A DNA stretch of 57,259 nucleotides, filler included, from Basidioascus undulatus (taxonomy: Eukaryota), in the NCBI GenBank assembly GCA_000826855.1. It is 3 parts of 3 records of this genome, joined end to end, with 100 filler letters (N's around TTAATTAATTAA, not from the genome) between each part and the next. Parts side by side here need not be neighbours in the genome. Positions count along the whole stretch, not along the records: positions 1 to 19,056 come from JTLS01000438.1; positions 19,157 to 38,176 come from JTLS01000439.1; 1 more part is not named here. One strand, written 5' to 3'. Both the position numbers and the translations under genes were made by a program. Each line of letters begins with the position of its first letter. The first letter of the stretch is position 1. Below are positions 11,793 to 22,873 of this stretch, in pieces. Under the pieces are notes generated by a model. That model did not search any database. It was not told where the DNA came from and saw nothing but the letters and a program-made list of their open reading frames with translations.

Positions 11793-13260
11793 ATGTCGAG
11801 CTGTTCGACACTTTTCGACTTCCCTCCGGAGGTTCACCGACATCTTTTCACGTCTTCCTTTCAAGGATCGCCTGGGTGCCAGCTTCATCTGCAAATCTCT
11901 TCGACCCAGCGCCATCACGTCGCTCTACACCAATGTGGATCTCACGCACAAGGACCCTTCCCGCGCCGCCATGCGGCTGGGCTCTTTCGCTCATGCGCTC
12001 GAACAGGCGCCATCGAACGGCGCCTTGGTGCGGACGCTCTCCGTCTTCATCCAAGGCGTCGAAGCCATAAGGGAATGTCAAGCGGCGTATTCGATCTTCG
12101 GTCATCTCACTTCGCTTCGTACTCTCTCAATCGAATACCATCCCGGACCGGAGAGCTATGCATCGGCGTCAGGATCGACCCTCCAGGCCTTACAAGGCCT
12201 TTTGGAGGCTGCCGTCCAGATGAGCACACTGTCCAACCTCACGGTGAATTTCGGTGGGCATGGCCCTCAACCCGCCTTCGCAAGCGGGCTGTCATCTGTG
12301 ACGGCACCGCTTCACACTTTCAAAGCTGAGGGTTTTGCATCTTTGACTGGCCCCATCGCTACTACCGTTCGTTCGATTATCTGTCTTTCACCTCATCTTC
12401 AGTGCCTCAGCCTCGTCTGCGAGACGCCGCGTAACAATAGTCCGGTCGTGTCGGAGCTCCTCGAGTCCTCGGCGAATGCAGACAGCCTGTGCTGCCTCAC
12501 CGACGTTCACATTGAGGGAGTCAACTGCGATACCGACGTTCTCTCGGATTTCATCGGGCGTCAGGGAAACATCCGTCGCATTTATTTGCGTTCCATCTAT
12601 CCGCGCCGTTCCACCCTCGAAGTCCCGCACATCAATCTTGGTGACAACATCCTTCCGCATCTTGGAGCCTTCGGCGGTAGTTTCGACGACTGTCTAGCTG
12701 TCTTGGAGTCGACCAAGCTATCCATCTCGTTGAAGAGCCTCACGATGTGGAACGAGCCGCGGCAGGTCCGACACATCGGCTTGGGCGAAATTCAATCGTT
12801 TATGTCCCAACTCCCGACGACGCTTCTTCATCTGCGCATTCACAACATGCCGCTCGACAACCCGGCCGCGGACGCGAGCTTCCTCCAGATCCTTGCCAGC
12901 CGCGCTCCTCTCCTCAAGGTCCTCGTCCTCACCGACGCCTATCGCCGGGATGAAGTAGAGGTGGAAGTGCGTTCAGCCTTGCACGGTGATCATGGTGCGA
13001 CACTAATTGCTATCTCACCCTTTGGGCCTTCCTGCATTTAGCTCGTAGCCGAAGCGCTGGCACCGCTCAAGCATCTGGAGGTCCTACATTTGAGTCTCTT
13101 CACCAAGATGCACTCCAGGGAGTTTCTGGACTACACCGACCTCGCGCCGCCGCTGGCTCGTCGCCTACCCGCTCTTGGGCGGTGGGTACAGCCGTTGCGC
13201 AACAATGACGGGGAGGTGGAGATGTATGGGTTGGAAGAGTTTTCTGATGATGAGCTGTGA
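11793..13260 (+). pseudogene. F-box/LRR-type gene with one frameshift in the F-box (recent pseudogene or assembly indel)
   Basis: ATG 11793 gives MSSCSTLFDFPPEV. The F-box continues in another frame as TDIFSRLPFKDRLGASFICKSL, followed by ~370 uninterrupted codons of LRR-like sequence, one intron (~12967-13041) and a last exon ending FSDDEL* at 13260. Confidence 0.75.
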
Positions 13261-13979
13261 GATCGGGGCGGAAGGGCGGGTTTATGCACTTTTTTGCTTG
13301 TTTCTCCGCTGTCGGCTGAGCCGTGGCATACCTTGTACTGGTTTAACCGATGGGCGGCATGGTAGAAAATTCTGCGGATGTACGGCATCCATAGGTTCAG
13401 AACAAAAACTCCAGGCATCTCTTAGATACTCAGGTGGCGGCTGCACCCTTGTGCGAGTGCCAAATGCAACTCACGCCGCCGGGTCTCAGCTCCCCTAACC
13501 CCTTACTCTGGCTCATAACACCTGCTTTGTGTAGTATTTGGATTCCGTAGTTTTATTTTATTTTTTTGGTCCGGCAATTCTGCTTCATCGGCACATCTGA
13601 GTTGTTTAGCTGTGGCAGTGTGGTCTTGCTGGATGGCAAGAACAGGTCGCAATCTGGCATTCTTGTTCAGCTAGCTATTTTCCATGCGCGTTGTAGATAC
13701 AGCAACAGAAAATGATATGTTTTATAATTCCACCGCATCACAAATGGCTCATGGTGGGTCACGTTCAACCGAGGTGAGTGCGGAGACTTCTGAAGCACCT
13801 CACTGTCCGGGCGGTTCATTCGGCTCTCTCGTGCGCAATTACCGACCGCATCGTAAGGAAGCTGTGAGAACCAATATCGGGGGCTCCATGGAATAATTTT
13901 AGGTTCCTAAGGTGTCCTTTCATCTTACAGTTTAGACGAGATCAGCAAGCACATGATTGTGTTTCGGGCTGACAAACTA

Positions 13980-14692
13980 CCCGTCTCTCCCTCTTTCCTT
14001 GTTTGCCGGGGGTCTCCGTTCGACGAAGTGGCCCTCACCGAAGGGCTTTCAGCCCTTGCCCGGCTCGCCGAGCTCGAGTCGTCGTTTACCCCTCAGAGGA
14101 GGAAGAGGCGGGGCGCCTCTCAACGATCTCCGGGAGCTAGGGACAAAGTTCGACTGCATCGTCTCCCCCGCGAACCCCTACGGGCGGATGGACGGCTCGT
14201 TCGACTCCTCCATCTCGCTGCTCTTCTAACTCAAGTCGGACTACTTCTCTATCACGCGCACCGCTCAAACGGTGTTGTACGTGCGCTGGAAGGGTTATGC
14301 TCCGCCAGGGACGTGCACGCTCTTTCATATTTCTGACGAGATCAAGGGCATGAACCCTTTCGGGGCACGCTACGTCGCGTGCTGCCCGAGGATGCGCACG
14401 CCCGAGGACGTCCTGTGGAACAGGGAGGTGTGTACAACTGCGTCTGGTCGCTCCTGAACGAACTGGACTCACACAACAGCGCTGCAGCGGAGGGGGACAT
14501 TATTAGGACGGTGCACATGCCCGGCTGGCGACCCGCGTCGGGAAGGTCTCCCCCGAGCGGTTCGCGGCGCAATTTGCGCTCACGTGCAAACACTTCGAGA
14601 TGGCGAGCAGGGTTCCGGAGCGGTGGAGCGCGTTGGAGTGGGTGGAGATTATGAAGGAGGTCGAGGAGGTCGAGGGGACCCATAATCTGTGA
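13980..14692 (+). pseudogene. Macrodomain (Appr-1''-p processing-like) protein pseudogene, apparently intronless
   Basis: FDCIVSPANPYGRMDGSFD, RWKGYAPPGTCTL, CCPRMRTPEDVLWNREV/VYNCVWSLL, PG/LATRVGKVSPERFAAQFAL. Premature TAA at 14227-14229 and frameshifts near 14430 and 14525. 5' boundary approximate. Confidence 0.8.
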
Positions 14693-14807
14693 CCATATGA
14701 CGAGAGCTGCTATTGCGTTGGGGATTGCACTGGCGTCGTCGCTTAGTAGTTAAGAAAGTCGGCAGAAGCAGTCCTGTACAGTCCCAACATTCCCTATCAC
14801 TAAACAT

Positions 14808-14824
14808 ACACACACACACACACA
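14808..14824. repeat. (CA)n microsatellite
   Basis: Perfect acacacacacacacaca run. Confidence 0.9.
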
Positions 14825-15315
14825 TTTCTCTGGAATCAGAGGGGGCAACGAGCAATGAGCAGGCGAGCGCCGAGGCAGCCGCTGTAAAACGGGACTAACA
14901 GACCCATGGCACACGTGAATAAACATCAAGTCCTCAGAGGTTCTACAAAGTACCACGCGCTGAGAAGCGCCTTCCTCTTTCATTACATAGCAGTGACGGC
15001 GCGAAGAGCCGCCCGCACCCGGCACACCAACTCGCATAGCAGCCCGTCCCACACCTCGAAGCACGCGCAAACCTGAGTGGCGGTGGTTGATCAACGAGCC
15101 CAAAGTACAACACGGAGCGCGGCCATAACCATGCCCAAAAAGGGTATCAAGAAAATGCGAGGGAACGTTCACGCCAGCCAACGCTGAGCGATGCGAGAGC
15201 GCGGAACAAAGCGAGGAGTCAAGGCAGGTTGATGTGCGATGCGAGAGATGGCGAAGAGGCAAGGGAAGACCGGAAGAAGGGGAGAAAGGAGGAAAAAAAG
15301 CAGCATGGTGATCGA

Positions 15316-17512
15316 TCAGCTCCCCCCGCCGGAGCAGCACGACGCACGGGCGGGCGCGGGGGCGTGCGCTGGGGCGGGCGTGAGCCACACGCCGGGCGGG
15401 GTCATGCTCCGCTGCGGCGCTGGCGCGGGCGGCGCGGGGTGGTCGTGCGGGTGCGGGTGCGGGTGCGGGTTGTGCGGGTTGGGGTGATGTGGTGCGGAGG
15501 GGAAGGCAGAGGAAGAGGCGGAGGAGGCTGTGAAACGGGGGAACTGCGCAGGTGGGCGTTGGGGGAGGTCAGCGCGCCCTTCGTTTGTGGAGTAGATGGC
15601 GGGAGAACGGGAGGGAAGAATAGATGGAACGGCCACGGGCGAGGGAGGAAGCGGGAGAGTGCGTAGTGGGGGTGAAAGAGAAGAAGGGAGGACTGGAAGG
15701 GGCAGGGAAGGAGGGAGAGAGGAATGGAACACGCACCCAGTGTTTCCGACCCGGCGGTAGACCAAACAGCGGTTTGGCCATCGCCTTCGTGAGCGTAGAT
15801 GGGGACATCGGCCTAACGATCTCCTCGCCAGCGTCTCCCAGATCATTGGTTTCCCTGCCCCCACCACAGCACGACCCCGCCGCCGGCCTCGGCTGTTCCG
15901 CCGGCACCGGCGCCGTCCCCGGCTCCTCGCATGGGCACCCTCCGCCGGCGCCATCGCCGCACTCGCACGCCCCGTCCTCCTCCGCGGCCATCCTGGGCAG
16001 CTCCACAATGCCCCCATTCCTCGGATCGTACAAGTTCGCCTGGGCCCACCCGGCCGGGGCGCCCGCGGCCATGTCCGCGAGGGAGGCCGGGCGGCCCGCA
16101 GGCGGGTAAGGCAGGAGGGCGCTAGCGTGCGCGAGGAACGCGTTGAGGTCTGAGCAGCCGCAGTCGGGCGCGGTGGAGAGGGACGGGTGGTTCGGCGGGA
16201 GGGTGGGGACGTTGTGTACTAAACACCCGGGGCAGGCGCAGGAGGGCCCGCAGCGGCAGGTCGAGAGGAGGAGGGACGCGTGCGGGAGGGGGTGGGCCGT
16301 CGGCGGGTGGGGGAGGGCGGACAGCGCGGGGAGGAGCGAGGATGATGATGAGGGCGCGGGCGCGGAGGTGGATTGCGGGCCCGGGCCCTGCCAGAAGTGC
16401 TGCGAGATCTGGTCGAGGAGATAGTTTGCGGCGGGGGCGGAGGGGTTCGAGGAGCCGCAGCACCCGCCCATGGACGCCCCGGCGGCGGAGGTGGATGCTT
16501 GAGGAGGGCCCGAGCAGCATCCCCCTCCCCTGCCGCCGCCGCCCGACCTGCCCCCACAGCAGTCCTTCCCGACAGGCAGGCCCGCAGCGGCCTTGGCCTT
16601 GCGCTTCGCAGCGCAGTGGCACTTGCCGCCGACTTTGCAGCGGCAGGGGTTGAGGAGGGCGTCGACTGTTGCCCAGTCCATCCGCGTCTCACTCAGTCCT
16701 GAAGATCCACTCGAGAACAACCCACTAGGCGAAGATGAACGCACCCCGCATCTCCTCTGGCCGCTGGCTCCCGCTTGCGGCGTCCGCCTGCGGGACGTGC
16801 ACGAGGATCGCGTCCTTGAGGCCGTTCGGGTGGGTCGGGACGGGAGGGAGGGGGGCGCGCGTGCCTGTGCTACCCAACATCGGATCCTAGATGCCTCTAG
16901 ACGGAAGTCAAAGGGAGATTGACACGTACCCGTCTTCTTCTTCTTCGGCGGCGGCTCCACGAGCCCCTGGCGCAAGCGCTCCTCCTTCTCCAGCCGCTTG
17001 CGCTCCTCCTTCGCCTTGACCTCCTCCGAGCGCTCGGGACACATGCACTTGGTGTGCACCTGTTCGTCACCCATATATTCAGTCAGGGATGCTGGCGTGA
17101 GGGAGGGAGATGGGGCAAGACGGGATCGAGCAGCGCACCTTTTTGAGCTTTCGCAGCTCACGGCATTTCGCGCACTGCGTCGGCGGCCGGCCCTTTTTCT
17201 TTACCTCGAACAGCGGGCGGTCGCTGTGGTGGCATGATGAGGAGCGGTGGCCCTTGATGCAGGTCGCGCTGGAGGGTCGAGGGTCGAAAGGAAGGAGGGC
17301 GTCAGCAAGTGAGCGCGCGCGCGTTTGTGGACGGCCAGTCGGGGTCACTACCAGCAACCGGCGTTGCCCAATGCGTAGGGGAGCAAAGGGAAATGGAGCC
17401 CTAGACGCACCATGCGAGTTTGATATCGTTGATGTACGGCTGCTCGCCATCGCCGCCCGAGTCCATCAGCGGTCGTCCTCGCCCTTGGACCGACCAGGGG
17501 TGGACGCACCAT
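15316..17512 (-). CDS. Copper-fist DNA-binding transcription factor (Ace1/Cuf1/Mac1 family) with Cys-rich and His-Pro-rich C-terminal region
   Basis: Spliced N-terminus M|PYINDIKLAC|ATCIKGHRSSSCHHSDRPLFEVKKKGRPPTQCAKCRELRKLKK|VHTKCMC is a copper-fist domain. Downstream PCRCKVGGKCHC, CRCGPSCACPGCLVH and repeated CC motifs. Last exon ends ASCCSGGGS* at 15316. Confidence 0.92.
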
Positions 17513-18354
17513 GACGCCTGTATCTCCCTCAAATCGCTCACGACAGGCTCAGAAATGAGGCAGTGTACGACTGGTGCGCGTTTTTGTAAGGGTGAGCGCG
17601 AGCAGTCGTGATGGTCGAGGATCAAGGACGACGGTGGGGGTGTTGAGGCTGAGCAGCAGGCGCATGGGCACGGTAGGTAGCGCTTCCTCGGACAGCCCGC
17701 GGGCGGGAGCGATTTCTGCTCGCTGGTCACCCTGGGCAACGCTCACGAGACCCTGAAGATGCTGAAAAATGCAACTTAATGAAAAGGGGAGGCACACTAT
17801 TGGCTGGGGATGTCGGCAGTAAATGGTGGCAATGCGGCGGCGGGGGCTGAGCGTGTCGCAATCGTGAAATATAGACGCAACAGACGTGCTCACTGCTGCT
17901 GGCCTCCGAAGGTCAATGCGTTGCTCTTCCTGGGTAATGGATGAGCAAACAATCCGAATGCTTTTTAGGTAGACAGCGCCTTGAAGCGATGCACGAAAGC
18001 GGGCTTTTGGCTCCTTGATACTGTTGGACGGACCCACGAACTGCTCAGCAACAAGGCAATCTTTCTGCGGAATCCGTTCTCCATGCCTACTGGACCGTGT
18101 TGAAGAATTCGCATGCGCGACGCGAAAGCGCTACGTTGACAAGGACACAATCGGAGACAGTGCGTTTCGAGCACGACCCTCATCCTCAGCCCAAGCGCAA
18201 ACCACTCCGCTCAGAGCTTCAAAAGACAATTTAAGCTAGAGCTGTTCAATCACAGCACAATAACACCCCCAAGGTGCGACCTTCGCCGCCGCCCTCCTTC
18301 TCGCCTTCTCTTCCCGCCCTTCCGCGCCTTCCCACAGCGACGAACTCCCCATTA

Positions 18355-19031
18355 TCCTCCCGCACAGCCATGACCTTCCATGACATATAGGTCTCCCTTG
18401 TGCCCTTGTCCACCTTCGTGCCACGACTCGCACTGCCATATCAATCTCGGAGACACCGCGCCCGGCAAGATGCGCGGAGATGAGGGAGTCGGGGGAGGAT
18501 AAGACGGTGGCGGGTGTGTGAGGTCTTTCGAGTGAAGGATGGGGGAAGGAGAAGGAGGGGTAGCGGGCGTGTGCGGAACTGTGGGAGAGACGCTGGTCGC
18601 TGCGGCAGGAGAAGCGGGCTCGGACGAATCGCCAGAGCGCCGACGCTTCGGGGGACTGGAGGATTACACACTTCAGCCCGGTTTGAATAATGAGAAGAGA
18701 TGTTTTGAAGTATATGTTTTGAAGTAGAGCAGACCTCCCCTTCGACTTCGCATCCGGTAGCACGATGTATCCTTGCTCGAGCGTCGACGTGTCGATCAAG
18801 CCAGACAACGGGCCGGCCGACAACTGCCGGTGTGGCACTTGCGGTACAGCATCGTTGTCGCGGCGGGTAGACTGCCTTTCTGAGCCTGAAGTGGTTTCTG
18901 AAACCGATGCTGATCTCGAACGACGCGTAGGTGGAGAGGGTATCGGATGTCGAGCGAGTAGACCTTGGCTGGTACAGTGAGCGTGACGAGCGGCTGGCCG
19001 GTGATACGGGACGTGTCCCAGTACTGCCCAT
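18355..19031 (-). CDS. Possible small two-exon Ser/Pro-rich hypothetical protein at a contig end
   Basis: ORF from ATG 19031 to ...CEVEGE, then GTCTGC donor, AT-rich intron and CAG acceptor in phase with SPKRRRSGDSSEPASP...GHGCAGG*. No recognisable domain; 3' boundary approximate. Confidence 0.25.
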
Positions 19032-19056
19032 TCAAGTTTTGTCATACTTCAATTTA

Positions 19057-19156
19057 NNNNNNNNNNNNNNNNNNNNNNNNNNNNNNNNNNNNNNNNNNNN
19101 TTAATTAATTAANNNNNNNNNNNNNNNNNNNNNNNNNNNNNNNNNNNNNNNNNNNN
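19057..19156. other. Artificial scaffold gap/linker (N44-TTAATTAATTAA-N44)
   Basis: Exactly 100 nt with a six-frame-stop 12-mer at 19101-19112; identical to the second gap. Confidence 0.97.
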
Positions 19157-20506
19157 ACGGGGGGAAGCGAACGTGCACGAGGGGATTTGGAGGGGCTTCA
19201 GTTGAGAGAGATAAGGAGGTGGGAGAAGAAAGCGGGAAAAAAGGTAGGGCAACGCACAAATGCAACCCATCCTTCAAAAACACCCCCACCTCCTGCAATT
19301 CCTTCCCGCGTTCCTCCAGCGCCTTCTTCAGCACCGCCTCCGTATCGAGCACGAGCGCCTCCGTCTCCTCGGCAAGCGTGCGCAGCGCGTTGGCATACAC
19401 GAGCGGCTCGCGATCCGGCCACCGCCCGTCCACGGGCGGCGGGGTGAGGAGGATGATCTCGGGTGGACCTAAGGGCTGGGGGAGGGCGAGCAGGAGGGTG
19501 ATGAGGTGGGATATGTTCGATAACTGGTGGAGAAAGTTAGAGTAAGCCGGGGAAGGGGAAGGGGCAAGGGGACAAGGAAAGGGAGTCAGGGTCGGACATA
19601 AGACCGCAGCGGGACATGCTGCTTATTCGGCGGCTCGGCCGCGTCGTTCGCGCCCAGCCAGATGGTGACGAGGCGGATGTCGGAGCGGAGGGAGAGCGCG
19701 GGGAAGATCTGGCGAGCTATGGACAGGGCCCATGCGGAGTTATAGCCTGGGAGGTGCGAGAGCGGTGAGTCGCAGTCGGTAGGACGGTGGGCGAGTCGCC
19801 GTCAGAGGAAGGGGGGTAGGGAGAAGGGAGGGGAGCCAGGAAGGGTTGAGGGAGGGGGGGAGAGAGGGAGAGGGAATGGGACTGGGAAGACATACCCCCG
19901 AATCCCCGGTTGACAATGTCCAACTTGCGCTTGTAGCTCGCGATGAGGCTGTCACCCATCCCGCCCACTTCGAACGCGCGCTCCGTCAGACTGCGCGCCC
20001 CCAAACGCGTAAGTGACACAAAGACGGCAGATGCTTGAGTGCAGATCATGTAAAGAAAGCACAGAGAGCCGAACGCACCTATCCCCAAACATCACAAACT
20101 GACCCGGCCCCACCAGCACGCGGTCTCCCTCCTCCGCCGGCGCACCAATAAGGAACTCCCTCGCCAGCGCCCATTCGCGCACGGCGAACAATTCGAGGGA
20201 CTCTCGCGCGGCGTAAAGGAGTACAAGGGCGAAGACGAAAGCAGCGAGGGCCGCGTACAAGCGCGGGAGGCGCGTAGTGCGAGCTGAGGAGGAGGTGTGG
20301 CAGTGCGGGGGGAGGTCGTCGGCTGCTGAGGAGGAGGAGGCGAGGAGCGGTAGGCCGATGGAGGATGCGGAGGATGTGCGTCGGCGGGAGGCGGTAGAGT
20401 GGCGCGCGGAGGAGGGAAGGGAGGAGGACCCGTGGGTGGAGGAGGAGGAGGAGCTGGAGGTGGGGAAGAGAAGACGCTGGAGGGTGGATAAGCGCAAGGC
20501 GGGCAT
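19157..20506 (-). CDS. SGNH/GDSL hydrolase, IAH1 (isoamyl acetate esterase)-like, with N-terminal Ser-rich tail and one TM helix; 3' end lost in the gap
   Basis: QFVMFGD|SLTE (block I), DIVNRGFGG|YNS (II), VTIWLGANDAA (III), IILLTPPPVD, FLKDGLHL (V). TM segment LYAALAAFVFALVLLYAA precedes the domain. Confidence 0.88.
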
Positions 20507-20787
20507 CGCCGCGGGGTACGGGCGTGGTTGAACCGGGGAAAATAAATGAATCTAGTAGAATAGGGGAAGGAGCGTGTTTCTGATTCTGATGTCTATGCCA
20601 TGGGCGTTGAATGAGAGAAGGTCAGCGCGTTGTGGTGCGTGCGACTGCCTTGCGCCTTCTCGCCGTTGATCGCCAACGTGCAGCAAAGACACCTGCACGT
20701 GACCCAAATTCCGCCCTCTCTCCCTTCCTTCTATCTAATCGTTCCGCCCATAAACCGCTCCACTCCCTCATCCCCACCCTCCGCTAA

Positions 20788-20813
20788 ACACACACACACA
20801 CACACACACACAC
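20788..20813. repeat. (CA)n microsatellite in the divergent promoter/5' UTR between the esterase and the OTU gene
   Basis: About 13 perfect AC units, 35 nt upstream of ATG 20848. Confidence 0.9.
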
Positions 20814-20847
20814 TCGTTGCCCCCCTCCCCCCCAAAACTTCACGCCG

Positions 20848-22363
20848 ATGGGCAAGAAGTCCTTCCGCTCCAAGCTCGCAAAGGCCTTCTCCCCGCCCCA
20901 GCACGCGTCCTCCCCGCCCGCCCCAGCAGAGACCGCGGACGGGGACGATCTTGCGGACCTCCTCTTCGCGCAGCTCGACGGGCGCGATGTGGACGGTGTG
21001 CCTGTCCAGCAGGGCGATCTGAAGGGTGGCGATAGCGCCGCGAAGGCCCCGCCGGCGCCTGCAGCGCCGAGCCCGACGGGGACGGGCAGCGCGGAGGCGA
21101 GCGATGCAGGTGGGGCGGCGAATGGAGAGAAGAAGAAGAGCAGGAGGGATCGGAGAGAGGTGAGTGTGCGGTTCACCCGAAATCCGGCACTGGGTGGGCG
21201 GGCTCCGAACGACGCTGCGTTCGGTCTGCCGCGGCGAAGCCTGCTGCCTTCTCCGCCTTCATACCACCCTCACCTCCCTCCTCCTCCCCCCTTCCACAGG
21301 AGAAGAAAGCCTCTGCCCTGGCGGCCCTGAAAGCCGAGGCGACCGCCGAGCTGTCCCTACCCGAGAACGAGCGGCTCGCGCTCGAGGCGAAGCAGGAGGA
21401 GTCGCACGTCAACGCCATCTGTGCGCGCCTCGAGCGCACCATGCACGAGATCGCGCCCGACGGACACTGCTTGTATGCGGCGATTGCGGACCAGGCGAAC
21501 GTGCTGGGGCTGGAGGGGCCGGGGTGGGGGGCAAGACAGGTGCGTGGGCTTGTTTCTTATATTTACCATCCTCCCCCTTCCTCCCTTCCTTCGTTTCTTT
21601 CTTCCTTCTTCCCTCCATCCCTCCTTTCCTCCCTTGCTCCTCCCTCCCTTCACCGCTTCCTTTCTCTGCTTCTCCCTTATCTTCTGCAGCTTCCCACAAA
21701 ACGCAAGACCTGTAGAAGAGACAAGAAGCTGACCCGTGCCAGCCGGACCCTCAGGCGACCTACACCCACACGCGCCACCTCGCCGCGTCCTACTTGCGCG
21801 CGCACCCAGACGACTTCCTCCCCTTTCTTTCCAGCGCGTCCCTCGCGCCCGCGGACGGCGCGAACGGCGACGGCGTCGAAGCCGAGGGGGACGCGATGAC
21901 GCCCGCGCAGTTTGAGGACTACTGCGCGCGCATCGAGCAGACTGGCGAGTGGGGGGGTCATATCGAGGTCCGCTTGCCTTCTCCTTTCCCTCTCTTCCCT
22001 TCTCCTTCCCGAGGTGAGAGAGCAAGAAGACCTGACAAGCGAGAGAACCCAGATCCTCGCCTTGAGCAAAGCGCTCCGCACGCCGATCCACGTCGTGCAA
22101 AGGCACGCGCCGTCCGTCCTGCTCGTAGGGGCAGACGGCGCGGACGAGGGGAAGGACCCGGAGCGCGTGCCTGGGCTGTGGATCAGCTACCATACGCGCA
22201 TGTATGAGCTCGGGGAGGTGCGTTCGTTTTCTTCCGCTGCGCGGTTCGGCGCTGGGTACTGACGCAAGGTGGGGGGCCATGGTGATAGCATTACAATTCC
22301 CTTCGTCCGAAGTTGAAGAAGGAGGGGACGGGCCTGCCCGAGGCGGGGTCATTCCCGTTGTAG
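20848..22363 (+). CDS. OTU2: OTU-domain deubiquitinase (Otu2/OTUD6-like)
   Basis: MGKKSFRSKLAKAF..., MHEIAPDGHCLYAAIADQ (catalytic Cys), HPDDFLPFL, EWGGHIE|ILALSKAL, LWISYHTRMYELGE|HYNSLRP (catalytic His). TAG at 22361-22363. Confidence 0.92.
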
Positions 22364-22873
22364 ACCTATACAGGGTGGGTGGGGGCGGGTTGGGATGGGA
22401 AGGAAGAGCACCTAGGTTAGGGCATTTGAGTGTTCCGGGGTGGGCGGTGTCCTCCCAAAGCGCACACACATGCGATATCCGCTGCATGTTACATACGTTA
22501 TATGTTGCCTGCGACGCGCGCCATCAGGGAGGAGCATGAAATAGAGGATGGCTTACATAGCTAGCCTCAGCGACTCAGGTTGCGCGCACCTTCTGCTTGG
22601 TGCTGGCCTTTGCGCACGCTCGTATGAGGACGTCGCATTCTGATATTGAAGCAGACGTACTCTCCAGCTGCTGAAAGGGAAGACACTCATGGCCATGCAT
22701 CGGCACCTCGACATGCTGATGACGATGTTAGAGCAATCCATCGCGCCTAATACCCAAGAGTGAACTATAGAATCTATGCATTGTCGAAGGGACCGCGTGA
22801 AGGTGAGAGACATGAGAAACATATGCGGTCGGGCAATGCGAATAAGTTAACAAGTTGCCTAATAACGTATAGT

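Noticed and set aside
15569..17161. 530-aa ORF as the complete gene
   Set aside because: Includes intron sequence and lacks the copper-fist exons; the spliced model 15316-17512 fits better.
19101..19112. Palindromic TTAATTAATTAA inside N runs (also 38221-38232)
   Set aside because: Synthetic six-frame-stop linker centred in identical 100-nt gaps; not biological. Adjacency across the gaps is unverified.
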